This document shows positions 31,279-41,339 of a stretch of 64,000 nt of DNA, piece after piece. The notes beneath the pieces were generated by a model. It worked only from the letters and a program-made list of their open reading frames with translations. It had not been told where the DNA came from and ran no database searches. Each line of letters opens with the position of its first letter. The stretch's first letter is position 1. This DNA is from an uncultured delta proteobacterium (lineage in GTDB: Bacteria > Desulfobacterota > Desulfomonilia > Desulfomonilales > Desulfomonilaceae). The stretch lies in assembly GCA_963789265.1 (NCBI GenBank), contig CAWBKB010000001.1, positions 2,304,001 through 2,368,000 on the forward strand, read 5' to 3'. Both the position numbers and the translations under genes were made by a program.

Positions 31279-32055
31279 ATGGACGTTTTGATCGAAAAAG
31301 ATGGTCCTGTTTGGACGGTCATACTTAATCGTCCGGACCGCAAGAACGCTGTGGACAAAGACATGGCCGATCAGCTTGCAGATGCTTTTCGGTCGTTTGA
31401 TACTGATAGCGAGTCACTTGTAGCAGTTTTGTGGGGAGCAGGGGGATGTTTTTGCGCGGGAGCGGATCTTAAGGCCCTGGCTTCAGGCCGCGGAAATTCA
31501 CTGAATCCTGACATGTCCGCTAACGGCCCTATGGGACCGAGCCGCATGCACCTTTCCAAACCGGTGATTGCAGCCGTATCGGGTTTCGCAGTGGCCGGTG
31601 GTCTGGAACTGGCCTGCTGGTGCGATCTGCGCGTCGTGGAAAGGGACGCCGTATTCGGGGTGTACTGTAGGAGATATGGCGTCCCTCTGATTGATGGCGG
31701 TACACAGAGACTTCCTCGTCTCATAGGCCGTAGCAGGGCCTTGGATATGATCCTTACAGGCAGATCCGTGTCCGCAAAAGAAGCTTTGGCAATGGGACTG
31801 GCAAATTACGTTGTCGAGACGGGGACTTCCCGTGAAGAAGCGGAAAAAATTGCCAAGAGCATCGCTCAGTATCCAAGCCGCTGCATGAGGAGTGATCGAG
31901 AAGCGGTCTATCTGGGTTTTGACCTTCCTTTAGATCAAGCGATGGACATTGAATTTCGCTTGGGGATGGAGGTTATCCAGAGTGGTGAGAGCGAACAGGG
32001 GGCAAGTCGGTTTTCTCAGAGGAAAGACAGAGCGAAGCTCTCCCCGGGGTCGTAA
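31279..32055 (+). CDS. Enoyl-CoA hydratase/isomerase
   Basis: FCAGADLK, KPVIAAVSGFAVAGGLELA, GVPLIDGGT. Confidence 0.93.
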   Translation: MDVLIEKDGPVWTVILNRPDRKNAVDKDMADQLADAFRSFDTDSESLVAVLWGAGGCFCAGADLKALASGRGNSLNPDMSANGPMGPSRMHLSKPVIAAVSGFAVAGGLELACWCDLRVVERDAVFGVYCRRYGVPLIDGGTQRLPRLIGRSRALDMILTGRSVSAKEALAMGLANYVVETGTSREEAEKIAKSIAQYPSRCMRSDREAVYLGFDLPLDQAMDIEFRLGMEVIQSGESEQGASRFSQRKDRAKLSPGS

Positions 32056-32163
32056 CGCGATGCATCGCCTCATGGGCGTTAAAATAAGCCGGAGGGTTTG
32101 CTCAAAATTCTCCCTCACCCTGCCCTCTCCCGCCAGCGGGTGGTGGGGTCGGGTTTGAAACCC

Positions 32164-32335
32164 AATGCTGTTGACTTAAGGGACCTCCGTCTACCCCACC
32201 GTCACCCCGGCGAAGGCCGGGGTCCAGGGGAGATTAGGAAAACCTGGATTCCGGCCTCCGCCGGAATGACGAGGTGAAGGCCCGTCGAAGGAAAAGCTCC
32301 TGGACAAGAGGCATGCGGCTTAAGTCAACAGCATT
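32164..32335. mobile_element. MITE with perfect 17-bp IS4-like TIRs inserted in a REP
   Basis: aatgctgttgacttaag / cttaagtcaacagcatt; flanked both sides by gggtttgaaaccc (32151-63, 32336-48). Confidence 0.85.
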
Positions 32336-32500
32336 GGGTTTGAAACCCGCCTCTACTTGCTTGAACGTGAATCGGTATGAGGCGTTGCGCCGTCCGGGCA
32401 GCAATGAATTTCCACAAATCAACCGATATGGTATTGTACCGCTATAGGACGGTTGATCGTTGGGACCGGAACCGGTTCGAGGCTGAGAAGGAGGCATGCA

Positions 32501-32836
32501 ATGGAATTGAAAGTCGATCGAAGCGATCCAGGGTTGACCCGTGTTACTCTTTCCGGAAAGCTTGACGTCTCGGGAGAGGAACAAATCGGGGATGAATTCA
32601 GGGGGCTTGTCGATTCTCGTAACACGCACTTCCTGGTTAATATGAGCCAGGTGTCCTATCTCGCTTCGCTCGGCATACGGTTGCTGTTTGCCGCCGCAAA
32701 AACCTTGGCCGTGGAAAAGAAGAAGCTGGTCGTCCTCAATCCGCAACCGATGGTTGAGGAGACCTTGATGACTTCCGGCACGGCCAAGCTGATCCCGATA
32801 GCCCACGATGAGGACGAGGCTCTGGGCCTTCTGTGA
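32501..32836 (+). CDS. STAS anti-sigma factor antagonist
   Basis: LSGKLD, NMSQVSYLASLGIRLL. Confidence 0.9.
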   Translation: MELKVDRSDPGLTRVTLSGKLDVSGEEQIGDEFRGLVDSRNTHFLVNMSQVSYLASLGIRLLFAAAKTLAVEKKKLVVLNPQPMVEETLMTSGTAKLIPIAHDEDEALGLL

Positions 32837-33291
32837 ACGACGCAGACGGGATCGACGGACGAATGAAGCAGCTCAACCTATCCATGCGAAACAACCTCGA
32901 GGACCTGATGGGTCTGATCGACGAGGCAGGCGAGTTCCTGGAATCTCAATCATTGCCCGGATCGACTGTTTATAGAGCGAATCTCGTACTGGAGGAAGTC
33001 CTCACAAACATAGTCAAATACGCATTTGAGGACGGTTCCGTGCACGAAATAAGCGTTCTGCTGGCAGTCAGAGACACCGATCTGGTGATCAGATTCGTGG
33101 ATGACGGCCGGGAGTTCGACCCTCTTGCTGTTCCCCCTCCGGCTAAGAAAGCATCAATCGAGGATATCTCTGTGGGCGGTCTTGGCGTTCATCTCGTGCG
33201 ACAGAATGTCAACTCGATGCAATATTCACGGGACCGATTCAGGAATGTCTTGGAGACAAGGATCAGCTTGCGTCCCGCAGATAGTTTGTGA
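32833..33291 (+). CDS. RsbW-like anti-sigma factor / HATPase_c
   Basis: LVLEEVLTNIVKYA, DDGREFDP, GGLGVHLV. Confidence 0.9.
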   Translation: MNDADGIDGRMKQLNLSMRNNLEDLMGLIDEAGEFLESQSLPGSTVYRANLVLEEVLTNIVKYAFEDGSVHEISVLLAVRDTDLVIRFVDDGREFDPLAVPPPAKKASIEDISVGGLGVHLVRQNVNSMQYSRDRFRNVLETRISLRPADSL

Positions 33292-33299
33292 AGAGATAC

Positions 33300-33417
33300 G
33301 GGGTCAGGCCTTGTTTCTTACCTTCTTCCCTTCGCCCTGCACAATCCTGCTCACGGTGGAGTAATGGAGTCCCATATATGCTGCGATCTGCTGCCGCAAA
33401 AAGCAAGGCCAGACCCC
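33300..33417 (-). repeat. About 118-bp element with GGGGTCAGG..GACCCC ends encoding a RAYT-like C-terminal HTH (copy A)
   Basis: IR ggggtcaggccttg / caaggccagacccc; minus frame QIAAYMGLHYSTVSRIVQGEGKKVRNKA*. Confidence 0.8.
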
Positions 33418-33526
33418 AGTGCACGTGTGACCCCAGTGACCCACTTCCAGGGAACCCAATTGAGCATCGTAATGGTGAGGGCCAGGCTTAGCCTTCCGTT
33501 ATTCAACAGAAAAGGAGTCATTATCC

Positions 33527-34060
33527 ATGCAAGTGAGAGCGCCCCTGATGATCGAACATCGTCTCATTGAAAGAATGCTCGCACTCATAAACAAGGAGGC
33601 CACGCGGATTCGAGAAACCAAGGAGATCGATCCTGTATTCATCGACAACGCAGTTGATTTCATTCGAGTTTATGCTGACAAGACTCACCACGGCAAAGAA
33701 GAAGACATACTTTTTCGAGATCTTGCCCAAAAGGACATGACCGGCGAGGAACAGAAAATTATGGGCGAACTCATTCAAGAGCACGTCCTGGGACGCAAGA
33801 CGGTTGCCGCCCTAGTGGACGCTAAGAAGCGCCATTTCGCCGGGGATGAATCAGCCGTTGACGTGGTGATAGAAAAATTTGAGTTTTTAGTCAGCTTCTA
33901 TCCCCGACATATTGAAAAAGAAGACAAACTATTCTTCCCTGGAATGATGCAATACTTCACTGTGGAAGCGCAGGAAAGAATGCTCAAGGAGTTTTGGGAA
34001 TTCGACAGGAATATGATTCACCTGAAATACAGGGATTTGGTTGAGGAACTGGGGAAATGA
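33527..34060 (+). CDS. Hemerythrin/HHE domain protein
   Basis: LMIEHRLI, HHGKEEDILF, EHVLGR, HIEKEDKLFFP. Confidence 0.9.
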   Translation: MQVRAPLMIEHRLIERMLALINKEATRIRETKEIDPVFIDNAVDFIRVYADKTHHGKEEDILFRDLAQKDMTGEEQKIMGELIQEHVLGRKTVAALVDAKKRHFAGDESAVDVVIEKFEFLVSFYPRHIEKEDKLFFPGMMQYFTVEAQERMLKEFWEFDRNMIHLKYRDLVEELGK

Positions 34061-34094
34061 CAGGTCTAACGAGGAATGGACGAACCAAGACGAC

Positions 34095-34212
34095 GGGGAC
34101 AGTCCTTGTTTCCTGCCTTTTTTCTTTCGCGCTGCACAATCCTGCTCACGGTGGAGTAATGGAGTCCCATATATGCTGCGATCTTCCACCCCAAAAAGCA
34201 AGACCTGCCGCC
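34095..34212 (-). repeat. RAYT-tail repeat copy B (partial copy C at about 34428-34472)
   Basis: Shares ctgcacaatcctgctcacggtggagtaatggagtcccatatatgctgcgatct with copy A. Confidence 0.85.
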
Positions 34213-34476
34213 ACGATTATGACAACTGTAGAAAAAGGGTTTAATGCATGCGTCGCGGCCCTTATGATCGCATGCGTTTGCCCGTCTACTCAATCTGCGG
34301 CCATCTGTGAAATCGGCGGATTTCTTCTAATCCACAGATTGCGCAGATTGCCACAGATCAGAAAATACGAATCGCTCTGGTTAACCACGCTCTACCTGAA
34401 AGCAAAGCATCAGAAACAAGTGGTCACCCATTATGCTGCGATCTGCTGCCGCAAAAAAGCAGGCCGGATCCTTGGA

Positions 34477-35211
34477 TTAGAGCGATTGACCCACCAGGCG
34501 TAATCCACCATCACACTCCAGTACGCAGCCGGTCATGAAGGAATTGCCAATCAAAAATACTATCGACTCCGCGATATCTTCCGGTCTGCCGACCCGCCCG
34601 ACTGGTGTCACTGCCGCGAATTTGTTGAATGTTTCTCGCTTTTGATCTTCCGGCATCCAATTCCACCAAGGCGTATCAACTACTCCAGGTGAGACAGCGT
34701 TTACGCGGCGTGGTCTCAGTTCGACTGCGAGCGGCCTGACCAGTCCTTCGATTGCCGAGTTGATTGCTGACAAGCCCGCCGTGCCTGGATTGGCTGCTCG
34801 CGGAGATATGGCAGAAACGAATGTGATCGAACCCGACTCGCTCAGGTAAGGCAGCGACTCCTGCGCAAGGGAGAAATGCGGCCAGAATTTCGCCTCAAAC
34901 CCAGAGCGCAAATCTGCCTGTGCTACCTGAGCAAACGGCCCCGCCCCCTTTCCACCACTGAGGGCCAGCACGAGATGATCGAACGGGCCGATTTCCGCAA
35001 ATGCCCGTGCTCTATCTTTTGGCTGCGTCGCGTCGAAGGCGACGATGGAGGCTTTGTCGCCGAGTTGTTCTTGGACTGCCGCAAGCTTTGAGCGATCCCG
35101 TCCGTTGACCACTACCGTTGCTCCGCAACGGACGAGCAATTTGGCCGCAGCCAAGCCGACTCCCGAGGATCCACCCGCGACTAGTACGCGAGCTCCGCTA
35201 AGGTCGAACAT
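34477..35211 (-). CDS. Short-chain dehydrogenase/reductase
   Basis: AGGSSGVG, RVNAVSPGVVDT, GRVGRPEDIA, DGG. Confidence 0.9.
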   Translation of the reverse strand: MFDLSGARVLVAGGSSGVGLAAAKLLVRCGATVVVNGRDRSKLAAVQEQLGDKASIVAFDATQPKDRARAFAEIGPFDHLVLALSGGKGAGPFAQVAQADLRSGFEAKFWPHFSLAQESLPYLSESGSITFVSAISPRAANPGTAGLSAINSAIEGLVRPLAVELRPRRVNAVSPGVVDTPWWNWMPEDQKRETFNKFAAVTPVGRVGRPEDIAESIVFLIGNSFMTGCVLECDGGLRLVGQSL

Positions 35212-35278
35212 CAAACCCTCCTTGGATTTAACGGCCGAAATCAGTTGAGCGGCCTGCCGCATCTGCTGAATTGAGTGG

Positions 35279-35437
35279 CTAGGATGTCTCGGCGTTACCT
35301 TTCTCAGCCAATTCTCTTTGGTAGGCTTTCCAGCCCGGACACCACCCGGTGTGCCACCTCCAAATCCGGGCAAGTAATGAATTTGGCTTTCGCTCCGCAT
35401 AGTTCCGCAACCTGCATCTTGCACATTTGGATTTCAC
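35279..35437 (-). CDS. Small Cys/Trp-rich hypothetical protein
   Basis: SD gaggag plus GTG; KCARC...WRWHTGWCPGWKAY. Confidence 0.65.
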   Translation of the reverse strand: MKSKCARCRLRNYAERKPNSLLARIWRWHTGWCPGWKAYQRELAEKGNAETS

Positions 35438-35654
35438 TGTTATGTTCTCCTCTATGATGCTCAGTCCGCCTGCTATTAAGCGCCCGTATCCCAACTTCTC
35501 TTTAGATGGTTTCCGGATAAGCACGCTTTCGGGTTTTGCTTCTAAATTATACGCTGCTTCTATACTCGCTCAAACTTTTGTTACCAATGGGTTGCAGCGC
35601 ATTTTACCCCAAAAACCACGGGACTCACACCTCCGGGGAATTTGAGGTGGCCGT

Positions 35655-36002
35655 CTATTTCTTGAGCTTCAAATCGGCCTTGGTCGTGAGCCATTCCCCC
35701 GCTTTGCCCGCGATGGTCACCCAAACAAGCCCTTGCTCGGGCCCCTCACGAAGAAACACCGCACTGTCCCCGTGTTTTGCAATATCTATTTTTCGTTCCA
35801 CAAGAACAAGGCGTCTCAGGCCGTCCATCTCCTCAGGCGAAGCTCCTCGAGCAAAAGCAGCCTTGGATTTCGCGTCCCGGTATACGAGCACATCTGTTTC
35901 AAATCGATAAAGCCGATTCGGGTCTTTGGATTCGACAAAGGAATAGTAGCCTATGAAGGCCACTGACGCGATTGAGAGCATCCCTACAACAATCCTGTTC
36001 AC
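35655..36002 (-). CDS. Hypothetical membrane-anchored protein
   Basis: GTG start after aggggg; N-terminal TM segment. Confidence 0.6.
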   Translation of the reverse strand: MNRIVVGMLSIASVAFIGYYSFVESKDPNRLYRFETDVLVYRDAKSKAAFARGASPEEMDGLRRLVLVERKIDIAKHGDSAVFLREGPEQGLVWVTIAGKAGEWLTTKADLKLKK

Positions 36003-36350
36003 ACTTTCCCCCTTTCATGATGAACCAAATCCTCATCGCGTTCTCAAGAAGCCGCCCCTTTGCACTCCGGGAATTCCCGTCAAGTCCCTTTGAGCGCCCA
36101 CGCGTCAACGCGGTATCTTTCGAAAAAACGACACGAGACCTCGTAGGCACCAGTTTTGCGTGAATCCCCCACCCTCCCCGTTGTAGCTTGGATGTTGGAG
36201 GCAGAAAGCTAATAGAAAAATTCAGATTAAGACTACCAGCCGAGTCGGTCAACGTCAAGCAAAATAATCAGGGTACAAGCCGCATTCCACGGAATGGGGG
36301 CTAAGCTCCGTGCAGCACGGACCTGTTCCTGGGGTGCCCTCAAGATTTAC

Positions 36351-37262
36351 TCAAGATGCCGTTTTGGTGATGAAGTCAATTACTACACCAGCGAACTCTT
36401 CGCCCCGGTCTTCCTGGAGGAAGTGACCACCGCCTTTGATGACCGTGTGAGGCTGCCCTTTGGCGCCGGGCACTCTTTTCTGAAAGATCTGGTCGCCGCC
36501 TCGAGTGATGGGATCTCCGTCGCTGAAAGCAGTAAGGAACGGATTTTCGAACCGGGACAGGCTCTCCCAGGCCTGACGATTCGCCCGGGCGGCCGGATCG
36601 TCAGGGGAAATGGGCACCAGGGAAGGGAAAATGCGAGCTCCTTCCTTGTAGGTTTCATCCGGAAAAGGTGCATTGTAGGCTTCCAATATCTCCTGTGGCA
36701 GATCGGATAGTGTGCCCATATTCATGATATCACCGACGCTGAATTCAGGGACCTCTATGGAGAAATTACGCCACCGGAGAAATGCCTCACTCATGGGGAA
36801 ATCCCCGGCAGGAAGGCCCGTGTTCGCTACCACGGCCCGGGCGAATAGTTCAGAGTGAGCCGCCAAGAGCCGTAGCCCGATCAGTCCGCCCCAATCCTGA
36901 CAAACCAAGGTGATGCGCCTCAGATTGACCTGCTTTAGCCAGGCCGTCATCCACTCCACGTGTCCTTTGTACGTGTAGTTGCTCCGGTGAGCCGGTTTGT
37001 CCGAACGACCGAACCCGACCAGGTCCGGGGCTACCGCCCGGTACCCGGCCCGAAGAAAAATTGGGATCATTTTACGGTATAGGAATGACCAGGACGGCTC
37101 TCCGTGCATCAGCAGAACCGGGTCGGCATCTTGGGGGCCTTCATCAACATAATGGATTCTCAGACGGCCGCCTTCCCCATCGGGAACTTCCGCGTATTTA
37201 GGTTCAAACGGAAAACCTTTCAGATTTTCGAATCGCTCGTCCGGCGTTCTCAAAACTTTCAT
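36351..37262 (-). CDS. Haloalkane dehalogenase (HLD-I-like)
   Basis: [20 protein letters not shown] nucleophile elbow, DGDPIT, GHFLQED. Confidence 0.9.
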   Translation of the reverse strand: MKVLRTPDERFENLKGFPFEPKYAEVPDGEGGRLRIHYVDEGPQDADPVLLMHGEPSWSFLYRKMIPIFLRAGYRAVAPDLVGFGRSDKPAHRSNYTYKGHVEWMTAWLKQVNLRRITLVCQDWGGLIGLRLLAAHSELFARAVVANTGLPAGDFPMSEAFLRWRNFSIEVPEFSVGDIMNMGTLSDLPQEILEAYNAPFPDETYKEGARIFPSLVPISPDDPAARANRQAWESLSRFENPFLTAFSDGDPITRGGDQIFQKRVPGAKGQPHTVIKGGGHFLQEDRGEEFAGVVIDFITKTAS

Positions 37263-37299
37263 GAAAAAATGTCCCCCTTTCAGCATTGAGTGTATGGGC

Positions 37300-38691
37300 T
37301 CATAATTCTTGTTGCCAAAGCTGATATTGCCGGACCCTGGCGTAAACGGCCACCACGCGCTCGACCGTTTGGAAAAAAGGCACTCCGGCCTTGCAAAAAG
37401 TTTGGCTAAAAGCAGGGTCAAATCCCGGGATGTTTACGATAAGAAACGGCTTCTGATAATCCTTCTGAGCTTGGATCATGGATTCCGTATACTGTTGATT
37501 GGACTCGGCTGTGAGTCCCCTCCCTATTACCACTACGGCATCCACCCCGGGGTCGGCTGCAATACTTCGCGCCGTCTGGATGTAGATTTCCATAACCAGT
37601 GAGGCTGTAAGTCCCACGTCCACAGGGTTGGAAAGACTCGTGCCGGTAGGAGCAACTAATTCAGCCAAGCGAACCCGCGTCTCCGGAGAAAACTTGGCCA
37701 GCTTTAGGCCCACGGTGGCACAGGCCTCAGCCGCAGCGACTGCGAGGCCGCCCGGCCCTGAAAGAATCGCCATCCGATCTCCCTGGCAGGAAGAGAGCAA
37801 AGAGAAGCCCATGAGAGAATCCACGAACTGTTCAAAACCTACTACCGGGATGCCTCCCCCCTGTCTGACAACCGCTCCCCACGTAGACGCAGATCCCGTC
37901 AACGCCCCTGTGTGCGACAATGCTGCCTTGCTGCCTTCCGCAGTGAGGCCCACTTTCCAGAGGATCACGGGCTTCCGACGGGCGGTCCTTTGGAGGGCCT
38001 CGAAAAAATAGTGGCCGCTCTTAATTCCCTCTACGTATGCCCCGATGACGCCGGTTTCCGGATCATTACCAAGGTACGCGAGCAGGTCTGCACTGTTGAT
38101 GTCGCATTCATTGCCCAGGCTTGCAACCTTGCTGAATCGTATTCCCATTTGTGGGCCCATGCGGCCGAGGATGTTCGCCAGCGAGCCACTGTGCGAAATG
38201 ATCCCCACCGGCCCCGGTTCTCTCGAAAGCTCAGGGAAAAAAGAGAGTCCTGCTTTTGGGCAATAGAGCCCCATGCAGTTGGGGCCGAAAAGTCGCATCC
38301 CGGATGAACGGGCTATGCGTACAAGCTCGTCTTCCAAGGCCTTACCCTCGTGGGTTCCGGTCTCCCGGTATCCGGCCGTGAACAGCACCGCGCCTTTGAC
38401 ACCCTTGGTTGCGCATTGCTCGATCACTGACAAGGCGCTGGTATGCGGGACCAGTATGATCGCAAGATCCACTGCCTCCGGGATAGCCAAGACGCTGGGA
38501 TAGGTCTTCAGCCCATCGATCTCCTCCGCGTCGGGATGCACGGGATAGATATTTCCTTTAAAACCTTGGTCCAGGAGTGCGACAAGAAACAACTTTCCCA
38601 TCTTGGCTCCACGAGGGAGCCCCACGATAGCCACCGATTTAGGGTGAAACAGGTTGTCAAGTTGTGATGTAAGTTCTGTCAGATTTTGCAC
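37300..38691 (-). CDS. ADP-forming acyl-CoA synthetase alpha-type CoA-binding protein
   Basis: [25 protein letters not shown] phospho-His, NPVD. Confidence 0.88.
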   Translation of the reverse strand: MQNLTELTSQLDNLFHPKSVAIVGLPRGAKMGKLFLVALLDQGFKGNIYPVHPDAEEIDGLKTYPSVLAIPEAVDLAIILVPHTSALSVIEQCATKGVKGAVLFTAGYRETGTHEGKALEDELVRIARSSGMRLFGPNCMGLYCPKAGLSFFPELSREPGPVGIISHSGSLANILGRMGPQMGIRFSKVASLGNECDINSADLLAYLGNDPETGVIGAYVEGIKSGHYFFEALQRTARRKPVILWKVGLTAEGSKAALSHTGALTGSASTWGAVVRQGGGIPVVGFEQFVDSLMGFSLLSSCQGDRMAILSGPGGLAVAAAEACATVGLKLAKFSPETRVRLAELVAPTGTSLSNPVDVGLTASLVMEIYIQTARSIAADPGVDAVVVIGRGLTAESNQQYTESMIQAQKDYQKPFLIVNIPGFDPAFSQTFCKAGVPFFQTVERVVAVYARVRQYQLWQQEL

Positions 38692-38895
38692 ATTTCCTCC
38701 ATTTACGGGGGCCTGGCAAGTTACCCGAGGTAGGATTCAGGGCAGAAGAAATAGCCGGATAATTCCAACTCGTTGCCATTACATAATAATAAGCAAAGAT
38801 GGACTTGTGCCGACATGATCTTCCGGCTAGGAGCGATTTCGGTCGGTGAGGCAACCCCGATATACACAAAAAATGTGATGAGGTTATGGCGACAA

Positions 38896-39105
38896 CTATT
38901 CGAGAATGAAGATTACTTCCATCCTGACACGATATTCCTTGATCTCATCATTCTCGCAATTCACCCTTAATTCGATGACTCTCATGCCGGTAATGTTTCT
39001 TAAGGTTTTCGTTCCGCGGTCAAAGGCTCTCTTGATCGCATCATCAAAGCCAGTGGGAGAACCTGCGATAACTTCCGTGACTCGGGCGACTCTTCCTTCA
39101 GACAT
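38896..39105 (-). CDS. Dodecin family protein
   Basis: VTEVIAGSPTGFDDAI...KTLRNI...EYRVRMEVIFILE. Confidence 0.9.
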   Translation of the reverse strand: MSEGRVARVTEVIAGSPTGFDDAIKRAFDRGTKTLRNITGMRVIELRVNCENDEIKEYRVRMEVIFILE

Positions 39106-39556
39106 GTAGACCTTCCTCCCTGGATGGGGTGCCTCACCCTGAAAAAGTTACCGGAATGACGGTGATTTTGTCAACTCTTCTTGAGCGGAATTATGGGCGG
39201 TCTTGGCATTTAGGGCTTTTGGGCCGGTGCTTGGTTACTGGTCGTTCATCTGATTCGAAAAGGCTCGAGCGTGTCTCCAAGAAGTCCGACAGTTACAAAA
39301 CCGTCGTCACGTGAATGGAAAAGCATCTCTTGTGACTTTTTGAGCATGACGTTTCACACGACCCGTGGTCAACCGTAAAATCTTTCCGGTCGCAATTCAC
39401 CGTCACACAGCTTGGCTGCATCCGACCAAGTGGAAGGCTGACGTCAGAAGAGGTGATCGTACCAAGCTGCGATTGCAAAAAGACCTCTCCGCCGCTCCGA
39501 CACATTTCATGTATAATGTATTGAAAGCAATTCTGCGCGACTTTCGGATCAAGAGT

Positions 39557-40456
39557 ATGAAGTGTCAAAATCCAGGCGAAGTCTGTGATGGCTTATGGTA
39601 TTTAGGACGTCCCGAATCCGGAGTATATCTGCTGGAAGGTCGGGACGGGTCAATTATCATCAGCGGTGGCATGAGTTACCTCGTGCCTGATATTCTGCAT
39701 CAGTTCGATGAGTTTGGACTCAAGGAAGACAGCATCCAAGGCATAATAATCCTTCACGCCCATTTCGACCACATAGGGATCGTGCCCTTTTTTCGTAGGC
39801 GAAACCCGGACCTCAAAATATATGGCTCGGCAAGAGCGTGGCAAATCCTAAGTGAATCGAAAAATATCGATACCATTAACCAATTCAGTGGCCGACTGAC
39901 TGAGCGCATGAAAATTCATGTGCCATACGCCGCGCACCAGCTCGACTGGCCCGTAGGATTGTCCGGGGACATGATTTCCGGAGGAGACGTGATCGACCTC
40001 GGGAATAGGAAAATACGGATATTTGAGACTCCTGGACATTCTTCGTGCTCGATCTCCGCTTACGTCCCTCAGATCAAGGCGCTTTTCCCGTCGGACGGGG
40101 GAGGAATCCCTTATAAAGGGACTATCATTGCCTCGGCGAATTCCAACTTTACCTTATACTTGGAGAGTCTCAAGAAAATGGAGATGCTCCAGGTAGATTA
40201 CTTTTGCGCAGATCACTTTGGTTACATCTGTGGTGATGAGGCGAAGAGCTATATTAGCTCTTCCCTCGCTTTGGCAATAGAAGAGCGAGCCCGTTTGGAA
40301 GACATTTATCGTCGTTCGTTCGATATAGACGCAGCGGCGAGGGAAATGGCTTCCTCCTTCATAAAAGCGAATCCGGACTACTTCCTGACCTTAGATATTT
40401 ATGAAGGTGTGTGTCGTCAGATGATGAGACACATAGCCAAGAGCATGAGTCAATAA
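39557..40456 (+). CDS. MBL-fold metallohydrolase
   Basis: HAHFDHIG, ETPGHS, FPSD, ADH. Confidence 0.9.
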   Translation: MKCQNPGEVCDGLWYLGRPESGVYLLEGRDGSIIISGGMSYLVPDILHQFDEFGLKEDSIQGIIILHAHFDHIGIVPFFRRRNPDLKIYGSARAWQILSESKNIDTINQFSGRLTERMKIHVPYAAHQLDWPVGLSGDMISGGDVIDLGNRKIRIFETPGHSSCSISAYVPQIKALFPSDGGGIPYKGTIIASANSNFTLYLESLKKMEMLQVDYFCADHFGYICGDEAKSYISSSLALAIEERARLEDIYRRSFDIDAAAREMASSFIKANPDYFLTLDIYEGVCRQMMRHIAKSMSQ

Positions 40457-40489
40457 GATATCGCAACAGGAAGGGGGCAAAAGAAGCGG

Positions 40490-41281
40490 TCAGGTCTTGT
40501 TTCTTGCCTTTTTTCTTTCACCCTGCACAATCCTGCTCATGGTGGAGTAATTGACTTCATCGTGGGGGCTCTGACGAGCTTCGGTTGCTCGACCGGCATG
40601 TTTTCTCAGCTTGACCGTGAGCCATTTTCCTTCCGCGATGGTCCCATTCTCAAATTTTGTCCGGCGGATAATCTCCTCAATCTCCCCTACAGTGTAAGGT
40701 GGCGTGAGCTTGGAAGTGAAAGAGCCCCACCATTTGGCAAGCTGGTCCACCCCCTTGAGCCCTCTCCCCATGACCTGTTGAGCCTCCGGGGTGATGACCT
40801 GTGCCGGATCCAACAGCCAGGCTTCGCACCCAGGTTTCAGGACCCTGAAACATTCGTTGATTACGAGCACCGGATTTTTCCAGGCATGGAGAGAACCGGT
40901 GCTGATCACCAGGTCGTACGAATCATTTGCAAAGTCGAGCCTGTTGCCATCACATTTCACGAATCGGACTCGATCCGACAGGCCGTGCCTCTCTGCATTT
41001 TGTTGAGCTATCCGCACCAGTGCTTTGGACGAATCGATTCCAACTACTTTGATCCGGGGTGCCCGCTTGACGATCTCAATGGGCAGATATCCCGGACCGG
41101 TACCAACATCCAAGACCAACCCATGACTTGTATGGTCCGTGACACTCTCGGCGACTTCCTTGTAGTAAGTCTCGATTGCGCCGGCGGCAATTTGGTCGTA
41201 CAGGCGAGCAGCAAACCAGGGTATTCTTTCGGGGATGAGGGATCGCAAGAACCTCGATTTCAATGTGTCTCTTCGCCACAT
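40490..41281 (-). CDS. Class I SAM methyltransferase; C-terminus runs into RAYT-tail repeat copy D
   Basis: VLDVGTGPG, YDLVIS, RVLKPG; tail NYSTMSRIVQGERKKARNKT. Confidence 0.88.
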   Translation of the reverse strand: MWRRDTLKSRFLRSLIPERIPWFAARLYDQIAAGAIETYYKEVAESVTDHTSHGLVLDVGTGPGYLPIEIVKRAPRIKVVGIDSSKALVRIAQQNAERHGLSDRVRFVKCDGNRLDFANDSYDLVISTGSLHAWKNPVLVINECFRVLKPGCEAWLLDPAQVITPEAQQVMGRGLKGVDQLAKWWGSFTSKLTPPYTVGEIEEIIRRTKFENGTIAEGKWLTVKLRKHAGRATEARQSPHDEVNYSTMSRIVQGERKKARNKT

Positions 41282-41339
41282 CGCCTTTCCTACCCGTTGC
41301 GTCTGGCCGCATCTCTTCAGCTTTCAAAGCAAGAAAGGG

